64,000 nt of DNA, taken from assembly GCA_035473115.1 (NCBI GenBank), contig DATION010000002.1:169374-233373 (forward strand), given 5' to 3'. Under the pieces are notes generated by a model, which did no database searches, had not been told where the DNA came from, and saw only the letters and a list, made by a program, of their open reading frames with translations. This document shows positions 18,034-30,058 of this stretch, one piece after another. The translations under genes were made by a program, and so were the position numbers. Within the stretch, counting starts at the first letter, position 1. Each line of letters begins with the position of its first letter. The DNA comes from Candidatus Udaeobacter sp. (GTDB lineage Bacteria > Patescibacteriota > Patescibacteriia > Magasanikbacterales > GWA2-37-8).

Positions 18034-20985
18034 TTACTTATTGATTTTAAAATTTGCTATTGAATTTACGATCTCGTCAAATCTGCTTTTATCGCCGGAA
18101 ATTTCTATTACATTACGGCTATTTTTAAATCCATTCGGATATAATTCAATAGATTTTCTAAAACCGCCGCTGGCTAATTCTATATTATCAAACACTTTTG
18201 CTTGATATCCGTTCCAAACTGTTGTGGTTGATAAATTAGAACTGGAATTAGCTGAGCCGTCATGCTGAGAAATAATGAAGAAATGAGTTTGATAATCCTG
18301 GCTGCTAAATTCTATTCTTTTTTCTTTATGAGAAACAGCCCACGAAGCAGGATAAAAAATACTAAATTTCACAAAACTATCTTCATTATAAATTGATTTC
18401 TGCTGATCTTTTTCTTCTGTAAATTCTTTAATTAATTCCTTTTTTAACTGAGATTTAGCCACAGCCAATTGATTAGCTATTTCTATCTGTGAATTTTGAA
18501 CGGATAGTTTGCCACCAATATTTTGGCAATTATAACCACCCAAAACAGTAACTAACCCTAATACTCCGAAAATTAAAAGCATTTTGGAAGCGCTGGCTAG
18601 TTTAATGAAAGCGTTTGGTTTAACGGCAACTTTCTTTTCCATCATGGCTATGCGTTCACGGGTTTTAAGAGTTGTATCCGGATTAAGTGAAATACTATCT
18701 ATACCCTCTTGCACCAAAAATTCAGCAAATTCCGGATAATCACTTGGCGCTTGGCCGCAAATACCGACTTTGCGCTTATTTTCATGAGCAACTTTTATTA
18801 CTTGGCGAATCAAAGTTTTTACTGCTTCATTTTTTTCATCATAAACATGACTGACCAAAGCTGAATCTCTGTCCACACCCAAAGTAAGCTGGGTTAAGTC
18901 GTTTGAACCAATACTAAAGCCGTCAAAAATCTCACAGAATTCTTTAGCCAAAATTACATTGGCCGGAATTTCACACATTACATAAACTTTTAAGCCATCT
19001 TTTCCGCGTTCCAAACCAAATTCTTTCATGGTGGCTAAAACTTTTTTACCTTCTTCTATAGTGCGACAAAACGGCACCATAATAATCAAGTTCTTCATCC
19101 CCCATTCATTTCGTACTTTTTTGATGGCCTCGCATTCAAGTTTAAATCCAGGTTTATATTTTTCATCATAGTAGCGAGAAGCGCCGCGCCAGCCGATCAT
19201 TGGATTTTCTTCTTTCGGTTCGTAATTCTTACCGCCGATAAGAGTGGCGTATTCATTGGTTTTGAAATCAGACAAACGAACAATTACGTCGTTAGGAGCA
19301 AAAGCTCCGGTAATAAAGGCGATACCTTCGGCTAATTTATCAACACAAAATTTAGCTTTATCTTTATAGCCGACTGTCAACGCATCGATCTTTTCTTTTA
19401 TATCCGGAGATTGGTCTTTGTAATTGACCAGCGCCAAAGGATGAATTTTAACAAAATTGGTAAAGATAAATTCTTCTCGCGCCAAACCAACGCCATCATT
19501 TGGTATATTGGCCAAAGAAAAAGCGCTGCTTGGATCACCAATATTCATCATTACTCTGGTGCGAGTAGCGGAAACATTTTTGATTTCGGTTTTATTGACT
19601 TCAAACGGTAATAAGCCTTTATAAATATAACCGGTGTCGCCTTCGGCGCAAGAAACTGTAATTTTTTGGCCATTTTTTATCAGTTGACGAGCTTTGGCAG
19701 CTCCGACAACACATGGCGTACCTAGTTCACGGCTCACAATAGCGGCATGAGAAGTTTTGCCGCCTTGTTCGGTTACTATGGCGCTGGCCATGCGCATAAT
19801 TGGCTCCCAATCCGGATCAGTAATGCGAGTAACTAAAACCTCTCCTGCTTTAAATTGCTTCATCTGCTTTGGCGAATTTATTACTCTGGCATTGCCTTGA
19901 CCAATTTTTTGACCAACACTTGAACCAGTAAGTAAAACTTCACCTTTCTGTTTTAGCTGGTATTGTTCAATAACATTTATCTTGGCTCTGGATTTAACTG
20001 TTTCCGATCTGGCCTGGACAATAAAGAGCTTGCCGGTAGTGCCATCTTTGGCCCATTCAATATCCATCGGATGACCATAATGTTCTTCTATGATTACACC
20101 CCATTTAGCTAACTGCAAAACTTCATCATCGGTTAAGCAATATTGTTTTTGATCGGAAGTTTTAACTTTTTCCTGTTTGGTACCAACTGCACCATAAACT
20201 AATTTAACCTCTTTACTGCCCAAATGCTTGCTGATAATAGATTTAAAGCCATTTTTTAAGCCTTCTTTAAATACATAAAATTGATCTGGAATAACCTGGC
20301 CTTTAACAACATATTCGCCCAAACCATAAGCGGCATTTATTAAAACTACGCCTTTAAAACCAGATTCGGTATCCAAAGTAAACATGACGCCACTGGCGCC
20401 AACATCGGATCGCACCATTTCTTGTACGCCCACAGACAAAGCAATGGCTGTATGATCAAAACCTTTATCTTCACGATAAGAAATCGCTCGATCTGTAAAT
20501 AGAGAGGCAATGCATTTTTTGGCGGCCAGTAATAACTCTTTATCACCGCGAACATTTAAATAAGTTTCTTGCTGTCCGGCAAAACTGGCATCAGGCAAAT
20601 CTTCGGCTGTGGCGCTGCTGCGCACAGCGACGTCTAAATTAGTTTTCTTGGCTGACTTACAAAGTTCTTTATAAAAATTCTTAATTTCTTGTTCAATATT
20701 TTTGGGAAAAGTTGCGGCCAAAATCATTTTTCTAATTTTGCTGCCGACTCTTTCTAATTCTTTAATATCTTTTTTATTCAAACCGCTTAAAACTTCTTTA
20801 ATTTTTTTATCCAATTTATTTTCACTCAAAAAAGACCGATAGGCTTCAGCTGTTAAAGCAAACCCATTTGGCACTGGCACGCCTTTGGATTTTAACTTGG
20901 CGTACATTTCTCCCAGAGAGGCGTTTTTGCCGCCTACGGAAGGAATATCATTGATGGTAAGATCTTTGAACCAACTTATATACAT
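18034..20985 (-). CDS. ppsA: Phosphoenolpyruvate synthase with about 190-aa C-terminal TM and extracytoplasmic extension
   Basis: VGGKNASLGE, VAVRSSATAED, GGKTSHAAIVSRE, FSIGSNDLTQ, GICGQAPSD; start at MYISWF. Confidence 0.93.
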   Translation of the reverse strand: MYISWFKDLTINDIPSVGGKNASLGEMYAKLKSKGVPVPNGFALTAEAYRSFLSENKLDKKIKEVLSGLNKKDIKELERVGSKIRKMILAATFPKNIEQEIKNFYKELCKSAKKTNLDVAVRSSATAEDLPDASFAGQQETYLNVRGDKELLLAAKKCIASLFTDRAISYREDKGFDHTAIALSVGVQEMVRSDVGASGVMFTLDTESGFKGVVLINAAYGLGEYVVKGQVIPDQFYVFKEGLKNGFKSIISKHLGSKEVKLVYGAVGTKQEKVKTSDQKQYCLTDDEVLQLAKWGVIIEEHYGHPMDIEWAKDGTTGKLFIVQARSETVKSRAKINVIEQYQLKQKGEVLLTGSSVGQKIGQGNARVINSPKQMKQFKAGEVLVTRITDPDWEPIMRMASAIVTEQGGKTSHAAIVSRELGTPCVVGAAKARQLIKNGQKITVSCAEGDTGYIYKGLLPFEVNKTEIKNVSATRTRVMMNIGDPSSAFSLANIPNDGVGLAREEFIFTNFVKIHPLALVNYKDQSPDIKEKIDALTVGYKDKAKFCVDKLAEGIAFITGAFAPNDVIVRLSDFKTNEYATLIGGKNYEPKEENPMIGWRGASRYYDEKYKPGFKLECEAIKKVRNEWGMKNLIIMVPFCRTIEEGKKVLATMKEFGLERGKDGLKVYVMCEIPANVILAKEFCEIFDGFSIGSNDLTQLTLGVDRDSALVSHVYDEKNEAVKTLIRQVIKVAHENKRKVGICGQAPSDYPEFAEFLVQEGIDSISLNPDTTLKTRERIAMMEKKVAVKPNAFIKLASASKMLLIFGVLGLVTVLGGYNCQNIGGKLSVQNSQIEIANQLAVAKSQLKKELIKEFTEEKDQQKSIYNEDSFVKFSIFYPASWAVSHKEKRIEFSSQDYQTHFFIISQHDGSANSSSNLSTTTVWNGYQAKVFDNIELASGGFRKSIELYPNGFKNSRNVIEISGDKSRFDEIVNSIANFKINK

Positions 20986-21043
20986 AGTGAATATATTATA
21001 CCACAACTATTTCTTTTGGAGAATACTGCCATTACTTACAAAA

Positions 21044-23143
<2,100 letters not shown>

Positions 23144-23159
23144 AAATTATAATTAAAAT

Positions 23160-23948
23160 TTATCGTAAAAATCCCATATACCAATTAATTATCTGACTTC
23201 CCCATAATAAAACAAAAAAAGCGCTCGCAGACAAAAAAGTGCCAAACGGTATAGCGCTGCCCAACTTTTTTTTACCGGCGGCAATAAGGAGCAACCCAAA
23301 AACAGCTCCGCTTATATAAGATAGAAATAAAGCCAGTAAAACTGCTGGCCAACCTAGCCAAACTCCCAGCATAAAGCCTAAACGCACATCGCCTCCACCT
23401 ATCCACTGGCCTTGAGAAAACAAAAATTGCGCCAAAAAAAATCCACCCGCCAGCAAAAAGCCAATCAGCATTGAAAGCAAACTAATGTGTAAATAAATAT
23501 TAAAAAATAATCCGCCTAGCGCGCCAAGCCAAATTACTTCGGGCAAAATCTCTTCGTATAGCCAATCATAAAGAAATACAACAATCAGCAAAGCGGAAAA
23601 AAATATATCTCTAAAAAAAACAACCGGCGAAATAGTCAAACTGCCCAAGCTATGCCAAGCTACCAACAAAAAAATTAAAGCTGTACTAAGTTCCACAAAA
23701 ATAAAATGTTTGGGAATCAAAGTTTTGCAAGTACGGCACTTTCCTAACAAAAATAAATAGCTAAAAACCGGAATATTTTCATACCAAGCCAGCTGCCGGC
23801 GGCAAACCAAACACATACTGCGAGTTTTGCCGATTTTAATTTTTTCATGAGTGCGCCAAACCCAGGAATTCAAAAAACTGCCCAGGATTAAGCCAAGAAA
23901 AAATATGATTATATAAGCAAATTGATTAATTAAAATTAGATCATTCAT
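23160..23948 (-). CDS. pilD: Prepilin peptidase (A24)
   Basis: GSFLN, RSMCLVC, GKCRTC, GGGDVRL, IPFGTFL motifs; start at MNDLIL. Confidence 0.93.
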   Translation of the reverse strand: MNDLILINQFAYIIIFFLGLILGSFLNSWVWRTHEKIKIGKTRSMCLVCRRQLAWYENIPVFSYLFLLGKCRTCKTLIPKHFIFVELSTALIFLLVAWHSLGSLTISPVVFFRDIFFSALLIVVFLYDWLYEEILPEVIWLGALGGLFFNIYLHISLLSMLIGFLLAGGFFLAQFLFSQGQWIGGGDVRLGFMLGVWLGWPAVLLALFLSYISGAVFGLLLIAAGKKKLGSAIPFGTFLSASAFFVLLWGSQIINWYMGFLR

Positions 23949-24048
23949 AATCGAAATGAGTGAGCAAAATACGCAGTGAAACATTTGTAAATCTCTTGTG
24001 ATCTAGAAATGTTGAATCTGTGTATTTACGAACGAATGAGAATATATG
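23946..24048 (-). repeat. Family C element ending on the pilD start codon
   Basis: CATATATTCTCATTCGTTCG-[long hairpin]-TGCTCACTCATTTCGATTATG. Confidence 0.75.
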
Positions 24049-24105
24049 AACTTTAGTTCATATATTAGCTAATTATACCATAAAAAATATAATCTGCCAG
24101 GCACC

Positions 24106-24135
24106 AAAAAGCCCGTTCTTACGAAAGGGCTTTTT
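24106..24135 (-). terminator. Intrinsic terminator after the pilin gene
   Basis: AAAAAGCCC...GGGCTTTTT. Confidence 0.7.
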
Positions 24136-24158
24136 GTTTTTTAAACTTAAGTTTAAAA

Positions 24159-24605
24159 TTACGGGCTGGTATCTGCTATTCCTGAAGGGCTAAGAGTAAC
24201 TTGACCGTTTAAGTTGCTCATAGTTGTTTCTAAGACGGCAGTAACCGAATAAGTACTGGAGCTACCTGTGTAGGTATACACATTAGTTCCGGTATTTACT
24301 GGATCTGAAGGTACTTGACCCATATAAGGAGAGCCACAACCTGCAGCTGCAAATCCGCTAGCATTTAAACAAGCTAGACTTCCAGCACCCAGTGATCCGC
24401 TACCTGAAGGATAAGCGGTTTGATCTGTATAAAAAAGTTCTAAAGCAGTTTGCAGTTGTTTCAAATCAGACAAACGTCTCGCATCGCGAGCTTTCTGTCT
24501 GGCATTTCCTAAAGCTACGACAGCTAAAGTTGATAACAAACCGATAATAGCTATAACTACCAACAACTCGATCAAGGTGAAACCTTTCTTATTCATGTTT
24601 TTCAT
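24159..24605 (-). CDS. Type IV pilin / pseudopilin
   Basis: [16 protein letters not shown] prepilin motif; ARDARRLSD; SD GAAAGGGGGTGA. Confidence 0.93.
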   Translation of the reverse strand: MKNMNKKGFTLIELLVVIAIIGLLSTLAVVALGNARQKARDARRLSDLKQLQTALELFYTDQTAYPSGSGSLGAGSLACLNASGFAAAGCGSPYMGQVPSDPVNTGTNVYTYTGSSSTYSVTAVLETTMSNLNGQVTLSPSGIADTSP

Positions 24606-24677
24606 AGTTTCACCCCCTTTCTATAAATTAGTTCTGACATATTTTTTTATATCCTTTACATTATACCATACCCTAAT

Positions 24678-25064
24678 CTACTTTTTTGGCAACACAGCCA
24701 GGACTTTATCCACAATCTCTGATGGTTGAAAATGGGTCTTAATTAAATAATCGGCCGCGCCGCTGTCCAAGCCTCTTTGGACATCATCTTTTTGCCCTAA
24801 ACTCGTTAATAAAATTATTGGAATATTTTTAGTGGACGAATTGGCTTTGGCCGCTTCCAAAACTGCAAAACCATCCATTTTTGGCAACAGCACTTCCAGC
24901 AGCACAACATCCGGTTTCTTTTTTTTAATATCGGCCAAACCTTTTTCTCCATTGCTAGCCAAAATTACCTTAAAACCTTCCATCTCAAATTTTTTCTGAT
25001 AAATTTCCGCCAAAAAAGCGTCGTCTTCTATAATTAAAATTTGAAATTGCTTATCTTCAGCCAT
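24678..25064 (-). CDS. Single-domain response regulator with phosphoacceptor Asp replaced by Glu
   Basis: IIEDD, PDVVLLEVLLPKMDG, LTS, ADYLIK motifs; start at MAEDKQ. Confidence 0.88.
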   Translation of the reverse strand: MAEDKQFQILIIEDDAFLAEIYQKKFEMEGFKVILASNGEKGLADIKKKKPDVVLLEVLLPKMDGFAVLEAAKANSSTKNIPIILLTSLGQKDDVQRGLDSGAADYLIKTHFQPSEIVDKVLAVLPKK

Positions 25065-25072
25065 ATAAAAAT

Positions 25073-26212
25073 CTATACTGCGCGCATTGCCAAACCGATA
25101 GCCACAGACATCCGAGGCCCAATTTGACGCAAAACAGGCTTTAAACCGTCCTGATAAACTACTCTGGCCCAAGCATCACCGACATAACATTTAATCTTGA
25201 ATTTATCTTGAATATATTTTGCCAAAAACGGCATCAGGGCTATGCCGCCGGTCAAAATTATTTTTTCCGGACGCTTGCCTTCGTTGCCGGTCTGGCGCAA
25301 ATATAATTCCAGACTTACTTCAATTTCTTTAAAAATAGGATCTATGACCGGCATCAAGATATCCAGCCATTTTTGTTCGCTCAAAATATTATTATTGCCA
25401 GCGGCCAGATAATCGAACATATCATACTTAATCTGCCCAACTAGGTCGTGTTCCACGCCTAAAATATTTTGCAAAATTTTATCTATCTTATCGCCTCCAG
25501 ATTCAATACTTTGGTGCGTAATCGGCACTCCCTGATCAACTATAAAAAAGTTGGTTCTCTCTGAGCCAATATCTATAATCATTGCCACTGCCTGATCGCG
25601 GCCGATTAGGGCTCTGGCCAAAGCGGTAGATTCTGGTTCCAGAGCTTCTAATGACAGGCCCGCGCGCTGAAAAATCTTAGAATAAAATTCTATCATTTTG
25701 TGCGGCACGGCATTGAGTAAAATACGCTGAGTTTTATCTTCGGAAGAACTTTTTAAAATTTGATAATCCAAAGCCATTTCTTCTAGCGGCATAGGCAGAA
25801 GTTTTTTTACTTCCGCTTTCACCAAATGATCTAATTCATCTTTTTTGACAATCGGCAAAGTTACCACCGCGTGAAAAACAGAAGAAACCGGCAGGCTGAC
25901 TACGGCTGTTTTAGAAAGTATTCGTGAAGTTTTGCAGATTGTTTTTATAGCCGAAGCATACTTGTCTATCTGAGCTTCTGCTAATTGGTCAGTCGGAGCG
26001 GCCGTGATTTCTTTTTTGGCTGAGTTTGAGCCAACAAGACTGGCAATGTTTTTTTCTTCGTTAACTAAAAGTTTATGGACATCCTGTTTATTGGAAGTCA
26101 AGCCATAAGAAAACAAAACCGGCCTATTTTTTTCTAGGCGTAATTCAACCATTTTTATTCCGCCGGATCCGATATCAACTCCCAAATAAGATTTTTGTTT
26201 TTTCCAAAACAT
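25073..26212 (-). CDS. pilM: Type IV pilus assembly protein PilM
   Basis: LGVDIGSGGIK, IIDIGSERT, ILTGG, VAIGLAMR motifs. Confidence 0.9.
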   Translation of the reverse strand: MFWKKQKSYLGVDIGSGGIKMVELRLEKNRPVLFSYGLTSNKQDVHKLLVNEEKNIASLVGSNSAKKEITAAPTDQLAEAQIDKYASAIKTICKTSRILSKTAVVSLPVSSVFHAVVTLPIVKKDELDHLVKAEVKKLLPMPLEEMALDYQILKSSSEDKTQRILLNAVPHKMIEFYSKIFQRAGLSLEALEPESTALARALIGRDQAVAMIIDIGSERTNFFIVDQGVPITHQSIESGGDKIDKILQNILGVEHDLVGQIKYDMFDYLAAGNNNILSEQKWLDILMPVIDPIFKEIEVSLELYLRQTGNEGKRPEKIILTGGIALMPFLAKYIQDKFKIKCYVGDAWARVVYQDGLKPVLRQIGPRMSVAIGLAMRAV

Positions 26213-26312
26213 ATTCTATATTATAGCAACAATTCCAACTTAAGTGTATAGTCTTACTTGAAAACTGGGGATAAATAAGATATGATTAGCCTATGAAAGA
26301 ATAAATTTACTT

Positions 26313-27707
26313 ATGAAGAAAAATAAAAACCAGCCTATTTTTTTGTTTAATACTCTTTCTCGCAAAACAGAGGAATTTAAAACAATAAAAAACCACCGTG
26401 TTGGCATGTACACTTGCGGACCGACTGTTTATAATTTTCAGCATATCGGCAATATGCGGACTTATGTTTTTGAAGATATTTTAAAAAAAGTTTTACAATA
26501 TAATAATTATACGGTTAAACATATAATGAATATTACCGACGTTGGCCATCTGACTAGCGATGCAGACACAGGCGAAGATAAAATGGAAAAAGGCGCGGCT
26601 CGAGAAGGCAAAAGCGCCAAACAGATTGCCAAATTTTATACAGAAATTTTTAAAAAAGATTTACAAAAATTGCAAATCTCTGCGCCAAATAAATTCACCA
26701 AAGCCACTGATTATATAAAGGAACAGATTGATTTGATAAAAAAATTGGAAACCAAAGGCTTTACTTACAAAACTGCAGACGGAATATACTTTAATACTGC
26801 CAAACTGCCCGACTACGGCAAACTGGCTCAACTTGATAAACAAGAATTAAAAGCCGGCGCTAGAGTAGAAATTGGCGATAAAAAAAATATCACGGATTTT
26901 GCTTTGTGGAAATTCTCTCCAGCCAATGAAAAGCGACAAATGGAATGGCGAAGTCCTTGGGGCACTGGTTTCCCTGGTTGGCATATAGAATGTTCGGCCA
27001 TGTCGGTCAAGTTTCTTGGCCAGCCTTTTGATATCCATTGCGGCGGTATAGATCATATTCCGGTCCACCACACCAATGAAATTGCGCAAAGTGAAGCGGC
27101 CGAAGGTAAACCACTAGCCAATTATTGGCTGCATGGCGAATTTATTTTGTTGGGCTCAGATAAAATGTCCAAATCTACCGGTAATTTTATCACTTTACAA
27201 ACCTTACAAGAAAAAAATCTGTCTCCCCTAGCCTACCGTTATTTATTACTACAGACTCATTATCGCAAACAATTAAGTTTTTCTTGGGAAGCTATGGAAG
27301 CAGCTCAAAACGGCTTAAATCATCTTCATAATATTGTTAAAAATTGGGACAAAGCTTCTGGCAGCTGCGCCAGCTATGAACAAAAATTTTTAACTGCTAT
27401 AAACAATGATTTGGATACTCCGGCTGCTATGGCTATAATGTGGGACATGATAAAAGACCCAATTTTCCCTACCTCGGCCAAGAAAAAAACTATTCTAAAA
27501 TTTGATAGCATACTTGGTTTGGGATTAAAAAAATTAAAGAAAGAAAAAGTATCTATTTCTAAAGAAATTAACGGCTTAATTATCCAACGAAACCAAGCCC
27601 GTTCTGATAAAAATTGGAAAAAAAGCGATGAACTGCGGAAAGAAATAGAAGCTGCCGGTTATAACGTGATAGATACTCCTGACGGCACAAAAATAAGTAA
27701 AATTTAA
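26313..27707 (+). CDS. cysS: Cysteine-tRNA ligase
   Basis: CGPTVY, HIGN, PGWHIECS, KMSKS motifs. Confidence 0.97.
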   Translation: MKKNKNQPIFLFNTLSRKTEEFKTIKNHRVGMYTCGPTVYNFQHIGNMRTYVFEDILKKVLQYNNYTVKHIMNITDVGHLTSDADTGEDKMEKGAAREGKSAKQIAKFYTEIFKKDLQKLQISAPNKFTKATDYIKEQIDLIKKLETKGFTYKTADGIYFNTAKLPDYGKLAQLDKQELKAGARVEIGDKKNITDFALWKFSPANEKRQMEWRSPWGTGFPGWHIECSAMSVKFLGQPFDIHCGGIDHIPVHHTNEIAQSEAAEGKPLANYWLHGEFILLGSDKMSKSTGNFITLQTLQEKNLSPLAYRYLLLQTHYRKQLSFSWEAMEAAQNGLNHLHNIVKNWDKASGSCASYEQKFLTAINNDLDTPAAMAIMWDMIKDPIFPTSAKKKTILKFDSILGLGLKKLKKEKVSISKEINGLIIQRNQARSDKNWKKSDELRKEIEAAGYNVIDTPDGTKISKI

Positions 27708-27708
27708 T

Positions 27709-28383
27709 ATGGAAACCAATAAACCATTTGCCGGGGATAAAAAAGTTTCTATTTCTTTATTTGGAAAATTAGAAAAAAAGCTTGTAGAAAAATACGTAGA
27801 TAAAATTCCGCAAAAAATCGAAACGTATCACCTTACTCTGTCCACTATGGCCTGGTGCGCTTTCATTGTTTTATTCGGCTACTTGGCTGGTCACTATAAC
27901 ATCCATTGGCTTTGGGGCACTTCTATCATGATAGTTTTTCAATACTTAACAGATCTGTTTGACGGAGCTGTTGGCCGGCACCGCAACACCGGCTTAATAC
28001 ATTGGGGATATTACATGGACCATTTTTTGGATTATATTTTTCTTTGCTCGATTTTAATCGGCTACTCTTTTATATATAACGACAAATATAACACTGCCTT
28101 TTTTATCCTAGTTAGCTACGGAGCTTTTATGGTAAATTCATTTTTATCATTTGCCGCCACCAACGAATTTCGAATCTCTTATTTCAAAATCGGACCAACT
28201 GAAACCAGATTAGCTTTTATTATTACCAATACTTTAATTACATTCTTTCATGGACACGTACCTCTGGCCCGCACTTTACCCTATATATTTGGTTTATCTA
28301 TCATAGGGCTAACGGCTGTTGTATATACAACTCAAAAACTTATCTGGGAAAAAGATATGAAAAATAAAAAATCTCTTAATTAG
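27709..28383 (+). CDS. CDP-alcohol phosphatidyltransferase family protein
   Basis: DLFDGAVGR...GYYMDHFLD signature. Confidence 0.88.
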   Translation: METNKPFAGDKKVSISLFGKLEKKLVEKYVDKIPQKIETYHLTLSTMAWCAFIVLFGYLAGHYNIHWLWGTSIMIVFQYLTDLFDGAVGRHRNTGLIHWGYYMDHFLDYIFLCSILIGYSFIYNDKYNTAFFILVSYGAFMVNSFLSFAATNEFRISYFKIGPTETRLAFIITNTLITFFHGHVPLARTLPYIFGLSIIGLTAVVYTTQKLIWEKDMKNKKSLN

Positions 28384-28444
28384 CCAAAATTATACTATTG
28401 ACAAATCAGCAATTTTGTGCTATTATAATTTGTTGTTTAGTGAG

Positions 28445-28504
28445 TTTGAAACTCATATTGACCCCAGCCGAGACAAGCGTTTCGGCGAGTCAAAGGGGTT
28501 TTAA
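28445..28504 (+). promoter_or_regulatory. Structured 5' UTR motif shared with 59929-59986
   Basis: Three-tier stem with TTGAC/GTCAA and AGGGGT; follows TTGACA-17-TATTAT promoter at 28398-28426. Confidence 0.65.
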
Positions 28505-28544
28505 CCGCTTTCAACACACTCAGAACCATACAGAGGAGAACACC

Positions 28545-28916
28545 ATGAAGACCGCCCTTTTCGTCACGATCGTCGCCCTGGCCACCACCTTCGGGGGGTG
28601 TGTCATCGACGACATCCAGTTCCGCCCGACCTTCTGCAGCGGCGATCGGTCGCTCGAAGGTCCGTGGACCTGCAGCTGCTCCGGCAGCGCCTGCCACTCG
28701 GACGAGCCGAGCGCCCAGGATGTCGCCACGTGGAGGCCGGTCATCAAGATCGAGCCCAACGAGGAGGAGACCATGTGCGTCATGTCCGCAGAGCGACACT
28801 TCAGTGTCGACTATGCGACCACGCACATGCACGTGGAACTGGACCAATCCGGTTCGAAAAAAATGACCCTGACCTTCGCCACCGATGACGGTCGGCAGTT
28901 CACCTGCACCAGGTGA
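28545..28916 (+). CDS. Orphan Cys-rich lipoprotein (SD-led class, very high GC)
   Basis: AGAGGAG SD; MKTALFVTIVALATTFGG-C; line 28621-28680 is 41/60 GC versus 20/60 for line 28081-28140. Confidence 0.75.
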   Translation: MKTALFVTIVALATTFGGCVIDDIQFRPTFCSGDRSLEGPWTCSCSGSACHSDEPSAQDVATWRPVIKIEPNEEETMCVMSAERHFSVDYATTHMHVELDQSGSKKMTLTFATDDGRQFTCTR

Positions 28917-28995
28917 CTCCGCCTCCATCCATTTCCGCTCCGGAACGCTTGACGTTCTGCCAGCGGACGCTGTCACGACGCCTCGTGACCAACAC

Positions 28996-29025
28996 AAAAA
29001 ATCCGACCTTTAAGTCGGGTTTTTT
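28996..29025. terminator. Bidirectional intrinsic terminator
   Basis: AAAAAATCCGAC...GTCGGGTTTTTT. Confidence 0.7.
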
Positions 29026-29048
29026 GTTTGTTTAATTAAATTAAAGTT

Positions 29049-29978
29049 TTAATCCAGCCATTTTTTGGCTTTAAACACAGCCAACATAGCCAGCGCACCA
29101 ATAAGAACCAAAAATGATACTATCCAGAATCCAAAAGGTTGGTGCACAAATGGAGTGTCTACGGCGCCAATTGAAAAAATAGTTGCCACCAAAGTGAGTG
29201 GAAAAGTAATTACCGAAATTACCGTTAGAGTTTTCATTATTTCGTTCATACGCAAACCAACCACGGATTCGTTTGTCTCATGAAGTGCATCCACGCTTTC
29301 TTTTTGTGTTTCCAGGGTTTGCCAAATCTCATTTAAATGCTGATGGGCCAAATTAATATAATTTTGATATGATTGCAAAGATAATTCACGACCAGCGCCC
29401 GAGACAAGACGATCCAAAACCGTTTTATGGCCTTGCATAGTGCGGCGGAAAGTAACCACATTGGTTTTAAGGCGTAAAATTTCTTCAGCCATTTTCCGAT
29501 CCGGAATTTTGGTAAATAAAATTTTATTAATGGCGTTAATATCTTCGTTGACATGAAGCAAAATAGGAAAAATAGAATCCAAAAGCCGATTTAGCACTTC
29601 CAAAAATAATTGCGCGGCTGTGCCTTGGAAATATTTATCTCTGACAGCGCTGTCTTTCTGGCACTGATTAAAAAAATGTCCGATTATCGGCAAACTGTCA
29701 TCGTGGATTGATACCAAACTGCTGCCATTTAAGAAAAAATCCACTTCGGTAAAACCCAACCGGCGAGTTTTTCTGTCAAAAACCGGAAAATGCAAAACTA
29801 TAAAATAATAGCCATCGCGTTTAACCAGTTTTGGACGCTGCAGCGGCGGCAGACTTTCTTGAATCTCTTGTTTATCAAAAGAAAACCTTTTTTGCAAAGA
29901 TAATAAAGTTTTTTCTTCCTGTTTAGTTATATTAACCCACAGCAAACCTTGCTGTTCAATTTCATAAATGTACTTCAT
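29049..29978 (-). CDS. corA: CorA-family magnesium transporter
   Basis: QRPKL, MNEIMKTLTVISVITFPLTLVATIF, two C-terminal TMs; GMN motif is altered to SIG. Confidence 0.85.
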   Translation of the reverse strand: MKYIYEIEQQGLLWVNITKQEEKTLLSLQKRFSFDKQEIQESLPPLQRPKLVKRDGYYFIVLHFPVFDRKTRRLGFTEVDFFLNGSSLVSIHDDSLPIIGHFFNQCQKDSAVRDKYFQGTAAQLFLEVLNRLLDSIFPILLHVNEDINAINKILFTKIPDRKMAEEILRLKTNVVTFRRTMQGHKTVLDRLVSGAGRELSLQSYQNYINLAHQHLNEIWQTLETQKESVDALHETNESVVGLRMNEIMKTLTVISVITFPLTLVATIFSIGAVDTPFVHQPFGFWIVSFLVLIGALAMLAVFKAKKWLD

Positions 29979-30058
29979 AACAAAAATATTATAGCACATT
30001 GCTGGCAATGATAAAATATGCTACAATTACCTCAGCTGATTTAAGATCGAATAGCGCT

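Noticed and set aside
28437-28997. Several overlapping ORFs on both strands at the high-GC gene (also 1165-1530 and 15131-15550)
   Set aside because: Expected stop-codon scarcity in GC-rich DNA; only one frame has a promoter, SD and signal peptide or codon bias.
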